A stretch of 64,000 nt of DNA from NCBI GenBank assembly GCA_963693365.1, contig CAVNZM010000002.1, forward strand, positions 1,621,915-1,685,914, in the 5' to 3' direction. Below are positions 58,517-64,000 of the stretch, one piece after another (the first letter of the stretch is position 1; each line of letters opens with the position of its first letter). The notes beneath the pieces are model-generated. The model did not search any database. It was given only the letters and a program-made list of their open reading frames with translations, and was not told the origin of the DNA. Source of the DNA: Amoebidium appalachense. Taxonomy: Eukaryota > Protista > Ichthyosporea. The position numbers and the translations under genes are program-made.

Positions 58517-59127
58517 TATGTAATAGGGGTGTCAGATACTACGATGGCGCTCATTGTTGCCTAGCATGTACATATGTCACTGGCTGCATTTGATTGGCTG
58601 TGCTGGAAAACGCAGTAGGCCGTCGAATGTGGCTGGGCCTCCGGCAATGTCCACGCAATAAAAAGTGTGTAAACCCCAAGATTGTCCGCCGTATGAAAAA
58701 ATTTTATCCCTTGAAATGATATTTCAAAAATGTGAAAATCTTAGAATTTATCAGCAGAACATTCGGCATATCTCACTAAAGTTTATGGAGAAAAGGAAAA
58801 ATGCGAAAATGGAAATGAGGAAAAAGCCCATATTGATTTGCTCGTTTCGGAATGGGATAGAAGAAGATACAAACAAAACAACAATAAAAAATAAACCCCT
58901 TACTCTCGGATACGGATAAGATAACGACTTAGATAATCATACACCCTAGAAAACTCGTTAAACATTCGGTGATTTAACAGATAGTCAATAGACGTAAAAT
59001 CAGGATTATCTAAATAAGCCAGTCTTCTAACTTCCAACCGTTAATAATTTGACTGATAAATAAATACATCTATCTAAATGTTTACGAGAAAAAGGTTCGG
59101 CACAAAAGTGGCACAAACATTTATGGA

Positions 59128-60084
59128 CTCTCTCTACGCACTCACACCACCATCACAACGCGTGCACGAATTAGCCCTTACAAAATGGCACAAATATTTA
59201 TGGATTCTCTCTACGCACTCACACCACCATCACAACGCGTGCACGAATTAGCCCTAATTTCACGAGCACATCACCCGCCTGTCCACTTGTGCCCCGGACC
59301 ACCCGCTCTTCCGGCTACACGCATCCCCGCCGGATTCGCCCCTCTACCTCTTCCCTTCCCCATCTTCCGCTGCCCATGGCCGAGCGTTATGTGGAATGGC
59401 TGGCGACCCCACCGGAGGTACGGCTAGATCATAGTGTGAATATGAATAGTTTCAAGTCTATGGCTGATAGATATCTTTTTACTCTACGTGTTGAGTCCCT
59501 TCCGGTGTTAGGACCGCCAAAACACCAACTACTAGTAGCCTATATGGCGGATACGGTTAGAGAGTCTCGTTCATACATAGATTCGTTTATTCGTAATGTG
59601 GTGTGGTGTAAAAACGCAAAGATGATTATGGATTGGCGGTGAATCGGTTTCTGGTGTCTCCTGCTCGTATGTGTAATATGTGTGGGGGGCGGTTACTCGC
59701 GGCTGCATATCTATCAATAAATGCAACCTGTTCGCTAACGTCTTAGAACCGGAGGTTATTGGCGGTTTTATTCTCTTTTCCTCCTCTCTTCCTCAATATA
59801 TCCGTTTTACGATGACTATCCTAGATCACCTTATTAATGCTGCACAGAATGATATTGTGATCCGGTGCCTTAACTTTCTGTCCGAGCCGGCGCTACCGAT
59901 GCTAGCCTCTGCTTACCCATAATATGTAATAGGGGTGTCATATACTACGATGGCGCTTATTGTTGCCGAGCATGTACATATGTCACTGGCTGCATTTGAT
60001 TGGCTGCGCAGGAAAACGCAGTAGGCCGTCGAATGTGGCTGGGCCTCCGGCAGTGTCCACGCAATAAAAAGTGTGTAAACCCCA
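59128..60084 (+). mobile_element. 5'-truncated copy of the intact LINE (equivalent to ~57803-58678), inserted into the old LINE
   Basis: Near-identical to the 3' 0.88 kb of the full element, with small indels. TSD ATTTATGGA at 59119-59127 (repeated at 59196-59204) and 60085-60093. Confidence 0.92.
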
Positions 60085-60331
60085 ATTTATGGAAACAAAG
60101 ATTACAACGCCAAAATAAACATTTCCAAGCAATAGCACAAGTAGGGGTTATAATGGCAAAATCAGTAAGAGTGGTAGGTTTACGAGAGGAAGGATTAAAA
60201 AAACTTTCCGGAATAGCCAAGGCATCCGATCCTTGACTACCCCGGTTGGAGTTATACTATAGTAGCTTAGAGGGGGTTTACTCTGTCACACTCGAGGCAA
60301 AGGGAAACCAGTCTCAGGTATGGGGGGGTTT

Positions 60332-61252
<921 letters not shown>

Positions 61253-61741
61253 GGGGTTTATTTGTATTTGTGCCCAGGGGAGAAGGGGAGACTCTGAGAG
61301 GGAAGGAAAGAGGGGAGAGGTGAGGAGGGGACAGGTCGGATAGAGAAGAGAGGGTGGGAGGGCAAATACTACTTTAAGCGGCTTACTATGTGCTTATTGA
61401 ATTTCAGCGCGAGATAGGATACTCTAGCAGCTATTGGGACCAGACCATATATCGAGAGCGTTACAGGCCCAGGTTTACAACAGTTCAAGTTAGATAGAAA
61501 GGAGGCAACTTCTGCTTCAAGGAAAATTGCCAAGGGTTTAACTTAAGCGCTCTAGTGACTAGTTCTCTCTTTCTTGATCCTAGCGGCGAGAAGGGGTAAA
61601 CCATATTCACATGCCGGGAAGACAAAAGTGCGAATAAATGTAAGTCTAATAGAAGGATGGAGGGGTGTGTCTTTAAAAATATTAGCCGAGAAGAAAGCTA
61701 ACCGCTTACGAGTTAACTCTACCCTCTTTTCGACCATATGG

Positions 61742-62664
61742 TGTTGTAATACGTAGTATTTACATATTGTAAGATCTTCTCAGTTTGTGTTATGTTTCAG
61801 TTCATATGCTTAGTATAAAAGCTACACTCCTATTACGTAAAGTGTTGCATCGATCTCCGATATTCTTGTATACTTGTAATCGTCTTGTATCGGCTTTAAT
61901 CGTGTGTTGTAATATCGATTAGAATAGTTATATGTGTGTACACGGATCCACCCACTCAGGGAGAGACGTGTACATGTTCGTGTGTACATAAATATCTCTG
62001 GTTATAGTTATGCTATTACTATCTTGGTTGTTGATCTGTGCTCTCTTTTCCTTCCTCTTTCTCCTTCCTTATTTTCTTTTCTTTTTCTCTTTGTCTTCAT
62101 GTGTATAATCATATTTCTTTTCTACTAATATATGTTAGGTAGATTTGTGTTACTTAATACGTGTTCATTGGACGGTAACACTTAGGCTACACTTAGAATA
62201 GCATGTGTGTTTAGACTTCATTAATTTACTTTAGTTTTCAGGTGTTGCCGGGCTTTAACCAATCATCAAGGTTATGTGTGATATGTCTGAGTCTTTGCAG
62301 TATGTCATAGGTTAGAACTTCCTTGATGATGACACAAGTTGACCTTAACTAGTGTCTGTGTCCTATCGTGTGCGTCTCCGCGTACCGGATCTCTCTGAAA
62401 GCAATTGGTTCTTAGTGATTGGTTTCTATTAGAGATAGATCTGATTTCCGACTGGTCGGAAATCATGTATGGATTGGACTTAGAGGAATTTCAGGTATTT
62501 ATTCGAAGATCAGAATAAATTCAGTTCAGTCGTGTCTAAACATTGATGTCTGTTGTGTACACTGCTCCGATCGTTCCGTGTTTTGTTGTTGTGTGTGTCT
62601 GTGGTGTTTTCACACTGCACCACTGTGTCTCTGCTTACATCCCAAATACTTATACAATTTAACA
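61742..62664. mobile_element. Solo LTR (923 bp) inserted in the old LINE RT region
   Basis: Starts TGTTG, ends TAACA, and is flanked by the 5-bp TSD TATGG (61737-61741, 62665-62669). Removing it rejoins the old RT sequence as GVMFSHM|VEKRVEL. Confidence 0.85.
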
Positions 62665-64000
62665 TATGGGAAAACATAACACCAACAGAATTAACCGGAA
62701 CACTGATATTTGTATTCTGGAACCATAGGTACAGGTTTAGATGATAATGTAAATGTGTGTAAATTGTTAGCTATATCAGGTACAAGAACACCACATTTGT
62801 CTATGTTAAGGATCATAAGGTTTGCCTTGCACCACTCTGACACTACATCGAACAATCTTTGCAGGCGTCCAGGGGTACGGGCAAGGAGGGACAGATCATC
62901 AGCATAGAGAAGTGCAGGCGGAAAGTTATTAATAGGGTCATCGTTTTCGGCATAAATCTTGACAGCCAAGTCATCTATAAATAGGTTAAACAAAAAGGGG
63001 CTAAGCAATGAACCCTGCAAGAGACCTCTAGTACGAGCAAAACCCTATGAAAGATGCCCATTAACCACAGCTCTACCATAGGGTTGAGACAAGAGTGCTT
63101 CTAACAGAACACCAATGCAGTGTGGTACACCCGTGCAGCAAGCTTTTCCCATTAGGAGACCAGGGGAGACAGAATCGTAAGCAGTTTTCCAATCAATAAA
63201 ACCAACATATCGTGCACCAACTTGCATAGAATCGTGCAGTGCCATTATTTGAACATAACATGAATTGTTTTTTACGAAAAGCGGATTGGCATGGGTGTAT
63301 TTGAAGAATAAATTGAAACCTAGGGTGATGTGCAAATAATCTAGTAAGTAGGCAAGCTTCAAAGAATCTACGAACAACCTGGGTTAGTGTGATGGGGCGA
63401 AAGGATGATATGGGGCCCTCAGAGTCCTTTTAACTATGGGGATCACTAAGGTGTCTAACCAAGATGACGGGACATGTCCACATTTAGCACACCAAGATAA
63501 GAGAGAGCTTAACATGATAGTAAGATCAGGTTTAATAGAACGATCACTTTCCTTTTCTGGGTAGGAGGGAACAAGGATTTTAAGAAAGCCAGCAGGGAGT
63601 CCATCAGGTCCACAAGACTTACTAGAGCTATAACTAGATATCACAGACCATATGGTATCGGGACTGAAAAAGGGGAGGATCGATTCTATGGGGATAGATG
63701 GGTCTACAGGCCACACAATAGGTTTCTGAGCGGGGGTCCTATCTTTAAACAGTTCCGAGAAATATTTATCAGAGTCTATGAGGGGGTCTCCAGTGGTATC
63801 ACCAATAATACGAGCAGGGGGGCCAAATAGCTTAGAGGACCATTGCCATAGTTCTGCACCCAGCAGGCGAGTCCCATCAGGGCATCCGATCCCCAATTCG
63901 CTATAGCTACATCCCGGGATTCGACTTACCCGCTCGCCCACAGCGGCTCCTGGAGTCCTGGCTTTTGCTAGTGTCTCTCCTGTTGGAGTACACTAGTACT

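Larger units (their letters stand above)
53824..58677 (+). mobile_element. Full-length, apparently intact non-LTR retrotransposon (LINE, APE+RT), 4.85 kb
   Basis: TSD AAGATTGTC at 53815-53823 and 58678-58686 (boundary ambiguous by 1 nt). Two intact ORFs. The 3' end AATAAAAAGTGTGTAAACCCC is shared with the copy ending near 60084. Confidence 0.92.

Overview
Eukaryotic, intron-rich DNA, probably from a unicellular opisthokont (inferred from gene content, not verified). Introns are packed with poly-G/poly-C runs and (CA)n/(GA)n microsatellites, so most ORFs in the supplied track are repeat noise. I built spliced models by hand and checked intron phases. Genes in order: mitochondrial AFG1/LACE1 ATPase (-, runs off the left edge); an intronless, frameshifted amino-acid transporter (-); a 10-exon TRAM-like TLC protein with a GC-AG intron (-); a 9-exon Nup54-like nucleoporin (-) head-to-head with a 10-exon FHIP/FAM160 gene (+); a secreted Tyr-Gly-Lys repeat protein (-); and a small 8-Cys GPI-signal protein (-). 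The last 10 kb is a retroelement nest. It holds an intact 4.85-kb APE-RT LINE with a target-site duplication (TSD) and no poly(A) tail, and an old antisense LINE interrupted by a truncated copy of the intact element, a 3' fragment of a third LINE family, and a solo LTR. The strongest candidates for new biology are the YGK-repeat protein (possible DOPA/cross-linked wall or glue protein), the tail-less LINE family, and the (CA)n-AG/poly-C intron architecture.
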